NCBI RefSeq assembly: GCF_055900595.2
Contig: NZ_CM148325.1
DNA length: 64,000 nt
Strand: one strand, 5' to 3'
Part shown: positions 33,056-44,639 of the stretch, piece by piece
Numbering within the stretch: position 1 is the first letter of the stretch
How the letters are laid out: every line of letters begins with the position of its first letter
Position numbers and translations under genes: made by a program
The notes under the pieces: generated by a model
Told to the model about the DNA's origin: nothing
What the model saw: only the letters and a program-made list of their open reading frames with translations
The model's database searches: none

Positions 33056-34179
33056 TGCTTCACCAACAGTGTCAGCACTTCATAGTGCGCGGTGTGCGGG
33101 AACATATCAAAAAGCTGTACCCGTTCAATACGATAACCTGACAGTTCGCGGATATCTTTGGCCATCGTTTGGGCGTTACAGCTGGAGTAGATGATAAAAC
33201 GCGGTGCCATCGTTGAAAGATAATCACACAGCGGTTTACCAATGCCGCGGCGCGGCGGGTTAACCAGCACCAGCTCCGGCACCTCCCCCTGAGCGGTGGC
33301 AAACTGAGTGGAGTCCAGCGCCTGAAATTGCAAACGCGTTAAGCCCAGTTCAGCAGCTGACTGCTTCGCACAGGCAATGGCCTCTGGCGCAATTTCGATC
33401 CCGGTTAACTGCATGTCAGGCGTCGCGCAGTGTAAACCAAAGCCCCCCACGCCACAGAACAGATCCCACATATGTTTAACCGGCAACTGTTGTACCCAGC
33501 CGCGCGCAGTAGCGTACAGCTGGCTGGCTACCGCCGGATTAGTCTGGAAGAAACTTTGCGGACGGATCCACAGCGGCACATCGTTAAAACGCTCCGCCAG
33601 CGCCTGTTGTTCGGTCAGGTAAATCTCCGTTTCCCCTTCCATAATCGCCATATGTATCGGCTGAATGTTGACGGTAATAACTTTCAGCTGCGGCAGTTGT
33701 TCCTGTAACCACGGCAGCGCCTTACGCAGTTGTGCCAGCTTGGTTTCGGAACGCAGTACAAAGCGCAGCATCATGCCACCATCGCTCTGGCTTTCAGTCA
33801 GCAGAATGTATTTCAGTTCGCCACGCTTACGCGCCACATTGTAGGGGGTTAGCCCCGCACGGGCGATAAACGGTTTTAGCGACGCAAAAACGGGCGCAAA
33901 TGAGGCAGGATAAAGCGGGCAATCGCAAAGGTCTTCTGGTGTGCCGTCGCGATGCAGCATACCGAGCAGTGGTTTTTCAACGCTACCACTCACCACCATT
34001 TTGGCTTTATTACGAAACCCTTGCTCCGGGCCTGACACCGGCGCGCACCATTCCTCAACCGAAAAGTCGGCGAGCAGATTTTTAAGATCGGCGGTTTTAG
34101 CGGAGAGTTGCTCTGGAATCAGCTGCGTTATCCACTGACAGGAACGACAGCGACCCGCGTCGTAAAGTGCGCACTGCAT
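33052..34179 (-). CDS. rlmC: 23S rRNA (uracil747-C5)-methyltransferase RlmC
   Basis: 375-aa ORF; N-terminal Fe-S Cys motif [19 protein letters not shown]-MTase motif [10 protein letters not shown]. Confidence 0.9.
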
Positions 34180-34219
34180 ACATTGACCTTCACATCATCA
34201 GGGGCGACGATTATACACA

Positions 34220-34708
34220 TTATTGCAACTGGAAGAACCGCCGACTGGTTGAGGGAACGAACAGTAGCAACAGGATGAGCATATCCGGCAACTTCTGCAG
34301 CATCAGGCTATGGAAGATTTCACGTTTTGATTCACCGGGAATGCTGAACAGCTCCGGATAACCATACCCCAGCGAAGCCGCCCACAAATAACTGGCGGCC
34401 GTGATTTGTGTCAACAGATACAGCCAGCGCGCCCAGCGACGCCCTTTCACCAGTGAAAACGCACACCAGATCTCAATGAAAACCAGCACCAGGCTGCTTA
34501 AAAAGACCAGTGTTAAACTCCAGGTTTGTACACTGCGATGAATGAACTCGCCAATACCGCGCACGCCCAGCGTATTGAAAATCATCAGCACGTCGAGGCC
34601 ACGGATCATAATAATGGCGAGCGCCGCCACCTGCACCAGCGCAGGCACATTCAGGCGAGCATGAGATGAAGATGTTTTCTTAAAAAATCCCAACGTTTCG
34701 TCTTCCAT
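34220..34708 (-). CDS. ybjO: Inner-membrane protein YbjO
   Basis: 162-aa hydrophobic ORF in the position of ybjO. Confidence 0.85.
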   Translation of the reverse strand: MEDETLGFFKKTSSSHARLNVPALVQVAALAIIMIRGLDVLMIFNTLGVRGIGEFIHRSVQTWSLTLVFLSSLVLVFIEIWCAFSLVKGRRWARWLYLLTQITAASYLWAASLGYGYPELFSIPGESKREIFHSLMLQKLPDMLILLLLFVPSTSRRFFQLQ

Positions 34709-34767
34709 GAAAACAATGCCGCGACATGCGCGGCATTATGTAGCCAGGTTGGCAAATTTTAGTGTCT

Positions 34768-35613
34768 TCAGCCACGTCTTGCACGCTGGATGTCGCGTAT
34801 CCGCTGTTTTTCTGCGCGCGCCATCAGATACCAGGCGATAAATCCGACAATTCCGACCGCGCCGAGGATCAATGTTGCCAGGGCGTTGATTTCCGGATTT
34901 ACCCCCATCCGCACGCTGGAGAAGACCAGCATCGGTAACGTGGTGGCTCCTGGCCCGGAAACAAAGCTGGCAATCACCAGATCGTCGAGCGACAGAGTAA
35001 AAGCCAGTAACCAGCCAGAAATGATCGCGGGCATGATCATCGGTAGCGTAATGACGAAAAACACTTTCAGTGGCGTCGCACCAAGATCCATCGCTGCTTC
35101 TTCTATCGAGCTATCCAGTTCCCGCAGACGCGACGAAATAACGACTGCCACATAAGCCGTACAGAAAGTGACATGCGCCAGCCAGATGGTGAGCATGCCT
35201 CGCTCCGCAGGCCAGCCGATGGCATGTGCAAGTGCGACGAATAACAACAACAGCGACAAGCCTGTGATGACATCTGGCATTACCAGCGGCGCGGTGATCA
35301 TAAAGGCAAAACCATTTGATCCGCGAAACCTGCCAAAACGCACCAGCACTACCGCCGCAATCGTCCCGAGGATCGCCGCTGCCGTTGCCGCACAGGCTGC
35401 AATTGTCAGGCTTAAACCAACCGCGCTCATCATCGCGTCATCACGCAGTAATTCGCCATACCAGCGCGTTGACCAACCCGCCCATACCGTCACCAACTTC
35501 GAGCTGTTGAATGAATAGATCACCAGCATCAGCATTGGCGCGTAGAGAAAGGTGAAGCCCAGCAGCAAAATCACAATCCGCCAGGGCGAACGAACCACCG
35601 GTAAATTATTCAT
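34768..35613 (-). CDS. potI: Putrescine ABC transporter permease PotI
   Basis: 281 aa from MNNLPVVRSPWRIV; start overlaps potH stop. Confidence 0.9.
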   Translation of the reverse strand: MNNLPVVRSPWRIVILLLGFTFLYAPMLMLVIYSFNSSKLVTVWAGWSTRWYGELLRDDAMMSAVGLSLTIAACAATAAAILGTIAAVVLVRFGRFRGSNGFAFMITAPLVMPDVITGLSLLLLFVALAHAIGWPAERGMLTIWLAHVTFCTAYVAVVISSRLRELDSSIEEAAMDLGATPLKVFFVITLPMIMPAIISGWLLAFTLSLDDLVIASFVSGPGATTLPMLVFSSVRMGVNPEINALATLILGAVGIVGFIAWYLMARAEKQRIRDIQRARRG

Positions 35614-36563
35614 CCGTGTTCTCCCACGCTTTTTTGCTGATGCTTGTGGAACCACATTATCGGCACAATTAGCAGCAGCAACATGATGATCGCTACCGCC
35701 GAGGCCACCGGCCAGTCGCGGTTATTGAAAAACTCCTGCCACAGCACGCGCCCGATCATGATGCTGTCCGGGCCACCGAGCAGTTCAGGGATCACAAACT
35801 CGCCCACAGCCGGGATAAACACCAGCATCGATCCGGCAATAATCCCGCCTTTGGTCAGCGGCACGATCACAGTAAAGAACGTTTTCAGCGGTCGTGCACC
35901 GAGATCCAGTGCCGCTTCCACCAGCGAATAATCAATACGAATCAACGCGGTATAAATCGGCAGCACCATAAACGGTACATAGGCATAAACAATGCCGATA
36001 TAAACAGCCAGGTTTGTATGCAGAATGGTCAGCGGCTGGTCGATAACTCCCAGCCACAGCAGAAAGTTATTCAGCACGCCGTTATTTTTTAATATTCCCA
36101 TCCAGGCATAGACGCGGATCAGAAACGAGGTCCACGACGGCAGGATCACCAGCAGCAATAAGATATTGCGGGTCGAAGGCTTACTGTGCGCCACCGCCCA
36201 CGCCAGCGGATAGCCGATCAGTAAACAACAAATTGTCGAAATCGCCGCTACCTGTAACGACTGGAGATATGCATCGAAATAGAGCGGATCGTCAGTCAGT
36301 TGCAGGAAATTACCAAGATTGAGGGTGATGGAAAGTTGCCCGTCAGCCCACTCCATCAGTTCGGTATAAGGTGGAATAGCGCGCGCCATCTCCGCCAGAC
36401 TTATTTTAAAGACGATCAGAAATGGCAGCAGAAACAGTAAGATCAACCAGATATACGGCAACGCAATGACCAGTTTGCGCCCATGCTTCATTTGCAGCTG
36501 CGACAACCACAGCTTAAATCCGCCCGGCGGTTTCGACTGGGCAGCAGGTTCAAGTGTACTCAT
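35610..36563 (-). CDS. potH: Putrescine ABC transporter permease PotH
   Basis: 317-aa polytopic membrane ORF; operon position. Confidence 0.9.
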   Translation of the reverse strand: MSTLEPAAQSKPPGGFKLWLSQLQMKHGRKLVIALPYIWLILLFLLPFLIVFKISLAEMARAIPPYTELMEWADGQLSITLNLGNFLQLTDDPLYFDAYLQSLQVAAISTICCLLIGYPLAWAVAHSKPSTRNILLLLVILPSWTSFLIRVYAWMGILKNNGVLNNFLLWLGVIDQPLTILHTNLAVYIGIVYAYVPFMVLPIYTALIRIDYSLVEAALDLGARPLKTFFTVIVPLTKGGIIAGSMLVFIPAVGEFVIPELLGGPDSIMIGRVLWQEFFNNRDWPVASAVAIIMLLLLIVPIMWFHKHQQKSVGEHG

Positions 36564-36572
36564 CTTTGCTCC

Positions 36573-37706
36573 TTAAACCGTCAACACCACACAGCTGTCC
36601 ACTTCCCAGCACAAACGCACTTCGTCGCCCCAGGTCGGTAACCCTTTGCGATAACGATGGGCGTTTTGTAGCTGGGCGCTAATCATTTGCCCGCTTTTTA
36701 GACGAACGTGATACACCGAAAGATCGCCGAGATAGGCAATGTGCATCACCTCCCCTACCGCGAAGTTACAACCATTGGCGGGCGGTGCTTCGCAAAGCAT
36801 GATTTTTTCCGGCCGCAGCGCCACATGCACCGGCACGTTATCGACCACCGAAGCATCTACATCAACTTTCAGTGGATGCACCAGCCCCGGCGAATAAAGC
36901 ACCAGACCATCTTCCTGACGCTCTTTGAGTACACCTTCAAAGACGTTTACCGAACCGATAAATTCAGCACTGTAGCGCGTGGTCGGATGCTCGTAGATCT
37001 CTTCCGGCTCGCCAATCTGGACAAATTTCCCACGATTCATAATGGCGATACGCCCCGCCATCGTCATCGCCTCTTCCTGATCGTGAGTAACCATCACGCA
37101 GGTCACACCGACACGTTCCAGAATATCCACCACTTCAAGCTGCATCCGGTCACGCAGTTTTTTATCCAGCGCGCCCATCGGCTCGTCGAGCAGTAATAGT
37201 TTCGGACGTTTGGCGAGGCTTCGGGCCAGCGCCACACGCTGTCGCTGACCGCCGGAAAGCTGATGCGGTTTGCGTTTGGCGAACTCCTGCATATGCACCA
37301 GCCCAAGCATCTCATTGACCCGGCTGGCAATTTCCGCTTTCGGCAATTTGTCCTGTTTCAGGCCAAAAGCGATGTTCTGTTCCACGGTCATATGCGGAAA
37401 CAGCGCGTAAGACTGAAACATCATATTGATAGGGCGCAGGTAAGGCGGTACCTGTGATAAATCGACGCCATCGAGCATAATCTGCCCGGCAGAAGGTTGT
37501 TCGAAACCTGCCAGCATACGCAGCAGCGTGGACTTGCCACAGCCGGATGCGCCCAGCAGCGCGAAGATTTCGCCTTTATAGATGGTCAGGCTGACATCAT
37601 CGACCGCATGCTGACCATCGTAAGATTTAGTCAGATTACGGATTTCTAATAGCGGCGTCAGCGCCTTACGGGTTTTCGCCTGGGGGCGAGGGATAGCGTC
37701 ATTCAC
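36573..37706 (-). CDS. potG: Putrescine ABC transporter ATP-binding protein PotG
   Basis: 377 aa from a GTG start (MNDAIPRPQ); Walker A GASGCGKST, signature LSGGQRQR. Confidence 0.9.
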   Translation of the reverse strand: MNDAIPRPQAKTRKALTPLLEIRNLTKSYDGQHAVDDVSLTIYKGEIFALLGASGCGKSTLLRMLAGFEQPSAGQIMLDGVDLSQVPPYLRPINMMFQSYALFPHMTVEQNIAFGLKQDKLPKAEIASRVNEMLGLVHMQEFAKRKPHQLSGGQRQRVALARSLAKRPKLLLLDEPMGALDKKLRDRMQLEVVDILERVGVTCVMVTHDQEEAMTMAGRIAIMNRGKFVQIGEPEEIYEHPTTRYSAEFIGSVNVFEGVLKERQEDGLVLYSPGLVHPLKVDVDASVVDNVPVHVALRPEKIMLCEAPPANGCNFAVGEVMHIAYLGDLSVYHVRLKSGQMISAQLQNAHRYRKGLPTWGDEVRLCWEVDSCVVLTV

Positions 37707-37800
37707 GGCTGCTCTCCGGCATTGAATGTGTGCAAGCGCACCCTGATGGTGCGAATTGCCGGCGGGTGTGGTGCGCCCGTCCGGCATCTACGGCTGCGGA

Positions 37801-38913
37801 TTATTTTCCGCTCTTCACTTTGGTCCACGCGCGGGTGCGCACACGGTCGATTTTCGGATCCTGCACTTTCAGAGTGAACAGCTTCGCACGGACATCCGCA
37901 GGCGGGTAAATACCGGGGTTATCACGCACTTCCGCGCTTACCAGCGGCGTAGCTTCTTTGTTCGCGTTGGCATAGAACACATGGTCAGAGATATGCGCTA
38001 CGACATCCGGACGCAGCAGGTAATTCAGGAACTGATAAGCTTCGTCTTTATTTTTGGCATCCGCAGGCATGGCAAATACATCAAAGAATGCCATCGCCCC
38101 TTCTTTCGGAATCGAGAACGAGACATTCACGCCATTCTTTGCTTCCTTCGCGCGGTTTGACGCCTGCCAGACATCGCCCGCCCAGCCAATAGCGACGCAG
38201 ATATCGCCGTTTGCCAGGTCGTTAATGTATTGAGATGAATGGAAATAACGAATGTTCGGGCGCAGCTTTAACAGCAGATCGGTTGCCGGTCCGGTGTAAT
38301 CATCTGCTTTAGTGCTGTTGGGATCTTTACCGAGATAATTCAGCACGGTAGCAAACACTTCTTCCGGTGCATCAAGGAAAGAGACGCCGCAGCTTTTCAG
38401 TTTTTCCAGATTTTCAGGTTTGAGGATCAAGTCCCAGCTATCGACGGGCGCGTTTTCACCCAGTACAGCTTTGACTTTATCGACGTTATAGCCAATCCCG
38501 GTCGTCGCCCACATATAGGGCATAGCAAATTTATTATCCGGGTCATGTTTAGCGACCAGCTTCAGCAGTTCCGGGTCGAGATTCTTCCACTCCGGCAATT
38601 TGTTTTTATCCAGTGGCTGGAAAACTCCCGCTGTCAGCTGGCGTTCAAGAAAGCTTGCTGACGGCACCACCAGGTCAAACCCGGTGCTCCCCGCCATTAA
38701 TTTTCCTTCCAGTACTTCGTTGGAATCGAAAACATCGTAAACGACTTAAATACCGGTTTCTTTTTCAAAATTGGCCACCGTATCCGGGGCGATATAATCA
38801 GACCAGTTATAGATGTGGAGTGTTTTTTGTTCAGCCGCGAGCGTGCCGACAGAGACGGCCATCAGAGCACCCGCAACCAGACCCGATAGCCATTTTTTAT
38901 TTAAGGCGGTCAT
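37801..38913 (-). pseudogene. potF: Putrescine periplasmic binding protein PotF, interrupted by an in-frame TAA at codon 56
   Basis: The two minus-strand ORFs 38746-39063 and 37801-38697 are in the same frame, separated only by the TAA at 38746-38748 (+ strand tta); the translation reads ...[32 protein letters not shown]...; full frame would be 370 aa from [12 protein letters not shown]. Confidence 0.8.
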
Positions 38914-39263
38914 ATCTCTTTCCTTCTGAAAGTTCGTTAACAAACGAACAAAAGTTGTCACACTGAAAGATATGCAATATTCGTGCATATTTTTTATCGG
39001 CTCGGTGTAAGAAAAGAGAACTCTCTCCCGGCCAGCACTGCTCGCTATATAAAAGCATCGCAAGAATAACTTTAGCCAGGGTTTGAGACTATAGCTCGAT
39101 TTAAAAAACGGTATTTAACAAATTTTTATGCGTATTTGCTCTATGTGATAAAGCCAAATCGGCACAAGAGAAGTGAAATAATCTTTAAGAAGAGGTTAAA
39201 AACAGCAGATAATTTTGCAGCACGCAGTCACTGCGGCAGCGACTGCGTACTCTAAAGGAGTTA

Positions 39264-39740
39264 TCAGTGGAGGAAATAGTTTTCGGTAACGTTGTTTTGC
39301 CCTTCATCGTCAGTCGGTAACAGCAGTTGATGGGCATTAGCTTCAAGAATGACCATCGAAATCTGCTCTTCGCTCTGACGCACGAACCATGCAAACTGCT
39401 CATAGGTTACGCCCTGCATAACGGATAAAGACTGGCAAACCACCAGCTTTGGCAGATTATCATCCTGCATATCAAGAAATGCTTTCACGGTCAGCGAACT
39501 GGCATTGATGGCTGATAAATCCGCCGCCAGCGGTAACACGGCTGAAGGTCGGACTTCCGCCATGGCAGAAAACAGGATCGTGTTATCGATCAGATCGATT
39601 TTGGCATCAAAGACACCGTCGAAATTCTGCATATGGGGCAGATGCAGAGCCTGACAGTTATCACATTCAAAAAAACTCATCCCCAGGTCATCGAGCCATT
39701 GACGCAACGTATCCAGACCAGGAACGACCAGCGATGTCAT
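39264..39740 (-). CDS. ybjN: YbjN-family protein (putative sensory-transduction regulator)
   Basis: 158 aa from MTSLVVPGLDTLRQW; synteny between potF and rimK. Confidence 0.88.
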   Translation of the reverse strand: MTSLVVPGLDTLRQWLDDLGMSFFECDNCQALHLPHMQNFDGVFDAKIDLIDNTILFSAMAEVRPSAVLPLAADLSAINASSLTVKAFLDMQDDNLPKLVVCQSLSVMQGVTYEQFAWFVRQSEEQISMVILEANAHQLLLPTDDEGQNNVTENYFLH

Positions 39741-39827
39741 AATTTTGTACAACCTCTTTCGATAAAAAGACCGGCACAGCTTACGCAAAAAGCGCAGGCA
39801 AAACCATGATCAGTAATGTGATTGCGA

Positions 39828-40730
39828 CTAACCACCCGTTTTCAGGCAATATTCGGTCGTAGCGTGGCGTTCGATCCAGCGGATCATTTTACCCGCGATG
39901 TCGATACCGGTGGTTTTTTCTATTCCTTCCAGCCCCGGCGACGCATTCACCTCCATCACCAATGGCCCGCGATTAGCACGCAGAATATCCACACCAGCAA
40001 CGTCCAGCGCCATCGTTCGCGCGGCTTTTATCGCGATTTCACGCTCCTGTGGTGTGATACTGGCGACGCTTGCCGCGCCTCCACGATGCAAATTGGAACG
40101 AAAATCGCCCTCTTTCGCCCGCCGTTCAATCGCAGCGACCACTTCATCGCCAACAACCAGACAGCGGATATCGCACCCTTGCGCCTCTTTGATATATTCC
40201 TGCACCAAAATATGCGCGTTCAGACCGCGGAAAGCGTCAATCACGCTTTCCGCCGCCTGACGCGTCTCCGCCAGCACGACACCAATTCCCTGCGTACCTT
40301 CAACCAGCTTAACCACCAGCGGCGCACCACCGACCATGTCGATTAAATCGCTGGTATCATCCGGCGAATGCGTAATGCCCGTGACAGGCAGGTCGATGCC
40401 CTGACGCGCCAACAGCTGCATGGAACGCAACTTGTCACGCGCCCGGGCAATGGCGACCGACTCATTGAGCGGATAGCTCCCCAGCATTTCAAACTGACGT
40501 AGCGCCGCCGTCCCATAAAAGGTAATGGCGGTGCCAATACGCGGGATCACAGCGTCAAAATGGGGTAACTTGCGGCCTTTGTAGTGAATAGAAGACGCCG
40601 CAGGATTTATGTTCATGTAGCAAGAAAGCGGATCAAGAATTTCAACCAGGTGACCACGCTGTATAGCGGCTTCACGCAGCCGCTTACACGAATAGAGCGT
40701 TCCATCCCGGGACAATATGGCAATTTTCAC
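39828..40730 (-). CDS. rimK: Ribosomal protein S6 glutamate ligase RimK (ATP-grasp)
   Basis: 300-aa [12 protein letters not shown]...; ATP-grasp fold; synteny. Confidence 0.92.
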   Translation of the reverse strand: MKIAILSRDGTLYSCKRLREAAIQRGHLVEILDPLSCYMNINPAASSIHYKGRKLPHFDAVIPRIGTAITFYGTAALRQFEMLGSYPLNESVAIARARDKLRSMQLLARQGIDLPVTGITHSPDDTSDLIDMVGGAPLVVKLVEGTQGIGVVLAETRQAAESVIDAFRGLNAHILVQEYIKEAQGCDIRCLVVGDEVVAAIERRAKEGDFRSNLHRGGAASVASITPQEREIAIKAARTMALDVAGVDILRANRGPLVMEVNASPGLEGIEKTTGIDIAGKMIRWIERHATTEYCLKTGG

Positions 40731-40790
40731 CCTGCACCTCTCTGTCAGACCTGGTCAAAAGCCCGCGTATCATACATCGGCGTGGCGGTT

Positions 40791-41513
40791 TTAGCGCGTA
40801 GCCCAACCCTGTTTGTGCAAATAATCCAGTATAAATGGGCGGCTTTCTTTAATGATTGTTCGGCGGATATGATCGCTCCAGGTATCCCGGCGATTATTGC
40901 TGCCACGGGTGAGGTAATATTCCGCCAGCTGCTCGTCATACTGCGCCAGTGCGTCTTTATCCAGCGGTTGATAGCTGTTTTCATGCACCAAAATGGAAGC
41001 CGGTAAACGCGGCTTAAGATCTGGATTATCCGCAGGCCAGCCAAGGCACAGCCCAAACAGCGGCAGAACATGCTGCGGTAATTTCAGCAGTTCCGTCACC
41101 GCTTCAATATTATTGCGCAGGCCGCCAATATATACCCCGCCCAATCCCAGCGATTCCGCTGCGGTTAACGCATTCTGCGCCATCATTGCCGTATCAACGA
41201 CACCGAGCAACAGTTGTTCCGCCAGGCCAAGTTGTGCATCCGGACAGATCTGTAAATGGCGGTTAAAGTCGGCACAGAACACCCAAAACTCCGCCGCTTT
41301 CGCTACGTGTTTTTGCCCGCCGGTCAGCGTCACCAGTTCATCACGTAACGCTTTGTCGGTAATGCGAATAATGCTACTGCACTGCAAAAAACTGGAACTG
41401 GACGTCGCACGGGCGCTGTTAATAATCGCCTCACGCTGCGCTTCGGAAATGGGTTCATCAGTGAAATGGCGAATGGAGCGATGGCCACAAATAAGTTCAA
41501 TGGTTGGCGTCAT
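40791..41513 (-). CDS. nfsA: Oxygen-insensitive NADPH nitroreductase NfsA
   Basis: 240-aa ORF MTPTIELICGHRSIRHFTDEPI...; nitroreductase family. Confidence 0.92.
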   Translation of the reverse strand: MTPTIELICGHRSIRHFTDEPISEAQREAIINSARATSSSSFLQCSSIIRITDKALRDELVTLTGGQKHVAKAAEFWVFCADFNRHLQICPDAQLGLAEQLLLGVVDTAMMAQNALTAAESLGLGGVYIGGLRNNIEAVTELLKLPQHVLPLFGLCLGWPADNPDLKPRLPASILVHENSYQPLDKDALAQYDEQLAEYYLTRGSNNRRDTWSDHIRRTIIKESRPFILDYLHKQGWATR

Positions 41514-41784
41514 TATCTTTTTCTCTTTCTGAACGTGAATATTGCGGTGGACGGTTCATCAACTGTGGTGCTATACGTTTTGCCACCTGAAGAGTAACCA
41601 CCACCGCAGCGGGAAGCATGAGCAAAACACCGAGAAAAATCATCAGAATCTGCCCCTCTGGCCAAGAAAATGGCTCAGGCAGCGACAGGACGTCGCTTAC
41701 CGACAGTAGCGCCACCGTCAGCAACATCATCCCGATAAATTCCAGTATCACCACGCTTTTAGGCAATTTACCGATCGCGCGCAT
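41497..41784 (-). CDS. ybjC: Small membrane protein YbjC
   Basis: 95-aa hydrophobic ORF overlapping the nfsA start. Confidence 0.85.
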   Translation of the reverse strand: MRAIGKLPKSVVILEFIGMMLLTVALLSVSDVLSLPEPFSWPEGQILMIFLGVLLMLPAAVVVTLQVAKRIAPQLMNRPPQYSRSEREKDNDANH

Positions 41785-41943
41785 ACGCTTCCCTCAGCAA
41801 AGTAAGCCCTCAGTCTAAAACTTTTCACTGTATTGTGTTTAACAGTTATAGCTTTTAGCAATTAATGCAACAGGTTAAACCTACTTTCAGCGAATACATT
41901 TTGGCGTGATCATTACCGGCATAAACCGATGAGGAGAGAAACA

Positions 41944-42201
41944 ATGCAAACCGTTATTTTTGGTCGTCCGGGTTGCCCTTACTGTGTGCGTGCAAAAGAT
42001 CTGGCTGAGAAGTTGAGCAATGAACGCGATGATTTTCAGTATCAGTATGTAGATATTCGTGCGGAAGGGATCACTAAAGAAGATCTACAACAAAAGGCAG
42101 GTAAACCCGTAGAAACCGTGCCGCAGATTTTTGTCGATCAGCAACATATCGGCGGCTATACCGATTTTGCTGCATGGGTGAAAGAGAATCTGGACGCCTG
42201 A
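41944..42201 (+). CDS. grxA: Glutaredoxin 1
   Basis: 85 aa from MQTVIFGRPGCPYCVRAK with CPYC active site. Confidence 0.95.
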   Translation: MQTVIFGRPGCPYCVRAKDLAEKLSNERDDFQYQYVDIRAEGITKEDLQQKAGKPVETVPQIFVDQQHIGGYTDFAAWVKENLDA

Positions 42202-42233
42202 GCGTCTGACAAGCCCTCGTGTTGAGGGCTTAA

Positions 42234-42608
42234 TTAATTTTTTCTGTGCTGTGATTTAAACAAACTGCTGATAAATAAGAAACACAGTGCCCCCAACGCA
42301 CACCAGAACACCGCACTTAATAACCATGCCAGCTCTTGCCAGAATGAGCGCGTTGGTGAAAAAAACAGCCGCATTATGAGCATCGAACAGGGTGCCGCCA
42401 GCATTGCGCCAAACAGAGGTTTCAGGACTTCTCTACGCTGTGAAAAGAAGCTGGCAACCGCTCCAGGAAGAATGAAAAACAGCAAACCAATTTCAGGATG
42501 CCCGGCAGCCCGAAAAGCGCCTTTCATGTGCGTCGCCAGAAAAAGGCACACCACAATGAAGAGGACAAAACAGCAGATTGCCCCCGCCCAACGTTGTTTA
42601 TGTTTCAC
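42234..42608 (-). CDS. ybjM: Inner-membrane protein YbjM
   Basis: 124-aa hydrophobic ORF; synteny. Confidence 0.82.
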   Translation of the reverse strand: MKHKQRWAGAICCFVLFIVVCLFLATHMKGAFRAAGHPEIGLLFFILPGAVASFFSQRREVLKPLFGAMLAAPCSMLIMRLFFSPTRSFWQELAWLLSAVFWCALGALCFLFISSLFKSQHRKN

Positions 42609-42877
42609 TCGTTCCTCCTGACACTGCGTCTATCGAACACATTTTTCGCCAGTGTGGCGTTCAGTAAGATAAAGCCGCTTCGCATTCCATGCTAATATAG
42701 GCCAACGCAATTCATATAGCCGTTGATACCTAATGTGATTACACTAGTAAAATATATTGTTACTTTACTATCGTTTAGGTGCGCTGAATGAATCTGCGCC
42801 CTGAATTCTGGTAAAAAACATTATCGTAAATTACCATTTCTTTCAACAGCTTACTAGTAAACAAGAAGTTAGCCTCC

Positions 42878-44563
42878 GTGAATATAAACGTCGCCGAATT
42901 GTTAAATGGGAATTACATTCTGTTATTATTTGTGGTCCTCGCGCTTGGGCTATGTCTCGGGAAATTACGACTTGGTTCGATCCAACTGGGTAATTCCATT
43001 GGCGTTTTAGTCGTATCGCTGTTATTAGGCCAACAACATTTCAGCATTAACACCGACGCGCTTAATCTTGGCTTTATGCTGTTTATTTTCTGCGTCGGGG
43101 TCGAAGCCGGACCGAACTTTTTTTCCATTTTTTTTCGCGATGGGAAAAATTACCTAATGTTAGCACTGGTGATGGTTGGCAGTGCGCTGGTGATCGCCTT
43201 AGGGTTAGGTAAGCTGTTTGGCTGGGATATTGGCCTGACGGCCGGTATGTTAGCAGGCTCTATGACGTCGACACCGGTTCTGGTCGGTGCTGGCGATACA
43301 CTGCGTCATTCCGGCATGGAAAGCAGGCAGCTCTCACTGGCACTGGATAATCTGAGCCTCGGATATGCCTTAACCTATTTAATCGGTCTGGTGAGTTTGA
43401 TTGTTGGTGCGCGTTACTTGCCGAAATTGCAGCATCAGGACTTACAGACCAGCGCCCAGCAAATCGCCCGCGAACGTGGCCTGGACACTGATGCCAACCG
43501 TAAAGTTTATTTACCGGTGATCCGCGCCTACCGCGTCGGCCCGGAGCTGGTGGCCTGGACCGACGGCAAAAATCTGCGTGAGCTGGGCATTTATCGACAA
43601 ACCGGCTGCTACATTGAACGTATTCGACGTAACGGGATTCTGGCAAATCCAGACGGTGATGCCGTGCTACAAATGGGCGATGAAATAGCGTTGGTAGGCT
43701 ACCCCGACGCCCACGCTCGACTCGATCCCAGTTTCCGTAATGGCAAAGAAGTTTTCGATCGTGACCTTCTCGACATGCGTATCGTTACCGAAGAAGTGGT
43801 CGTTAAAAACCATAACGCTGTAGGCAAACGTCTCGCACAACTGAAGTTGACCGATCACGGTTGCTTCCTTAACCGCGTTATTCGTAGCCAGATTGAGATG
43901 CCGATAGATGACAACGTCGTGCTTAACAAAGGTGACGTTTTACAAGTCAGCGGCGATGCCCGCCGCGTAAAAACCATCGCCGATCGCATCGGCTTTATCT
44001 CGATTCACAGCCAGGTCACTGACTTGCTGGCATTCTGCGCCTTCTTTGTTATTGGGCTGATGATCGGGATGATCACATTCCAGTTCAGCACATTCAGTTT
44101 CGGCATGGGGAACGCTGCCGGGTTGTTATTCGCCGGAATTATGCTGGGCTTTATGCGTGCTAACCACCCGACCTTCGGTTACATTCCGCAGGGTGCATTA
44201 AGCATGGTGAAAGAGTTCGGCTTGATGGTGTTTATGGCAGGCGTTGGTCTGAGCGCCGGTAGCGGTATTAATAACGGTCTGGGCGCGATTGGCGGTCAGA
44301 TGTTGATTGCCGGATTGATTGTCAGTCTGGTGCCAGTGGTTATCTGCTTCCTGTTCGGTGCTTATGTATTGCGAATGAACCGCGCACTGTTGTTCGGCGC
44401 AATGATGGGTGCGCGTACCTGTGCACCGGCAATGGAGATCATCAGCGATACAGCCCGCAGTAACATCCCGGCGCTGGGCTATGCGGGCACCTACGCAATC
44501 GCCAACGTTCTGCTAACGCTGGCTGGGACAATCATCGTCATGGTATGGCCAGGGTTAGGATAA
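42878..44563 (+). CDS. ybjL: Putative AAE-family transporter YbjL (two TrkA-C domains)
   Basis: 561-aa ORF from a GTG start; membrane domains flanking soluble RCK-C-like segments. Confidence 0.88.
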
Positions 44564-44606
44564 AACTGAAGTTGCCCTGAAAATGAAATTTTTTTGCACA
44601 ACCGCA

Positions 44607-44634
44607 GAACTTTTCCTCAGGGCATCAGTCTTAA
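44607..44634 (+). promoter_or_regulatory. Sigma-E-type promoter of rybB
   Basis: -35 GAACTT (44607-44612) and -10 TCTTAA (about 44629-44634) with 16-nt spacer, 5-6 nt upstream of the RybB 5' end. Confidence 0.65.
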
Positions 44635-44639
44635 TTAGT

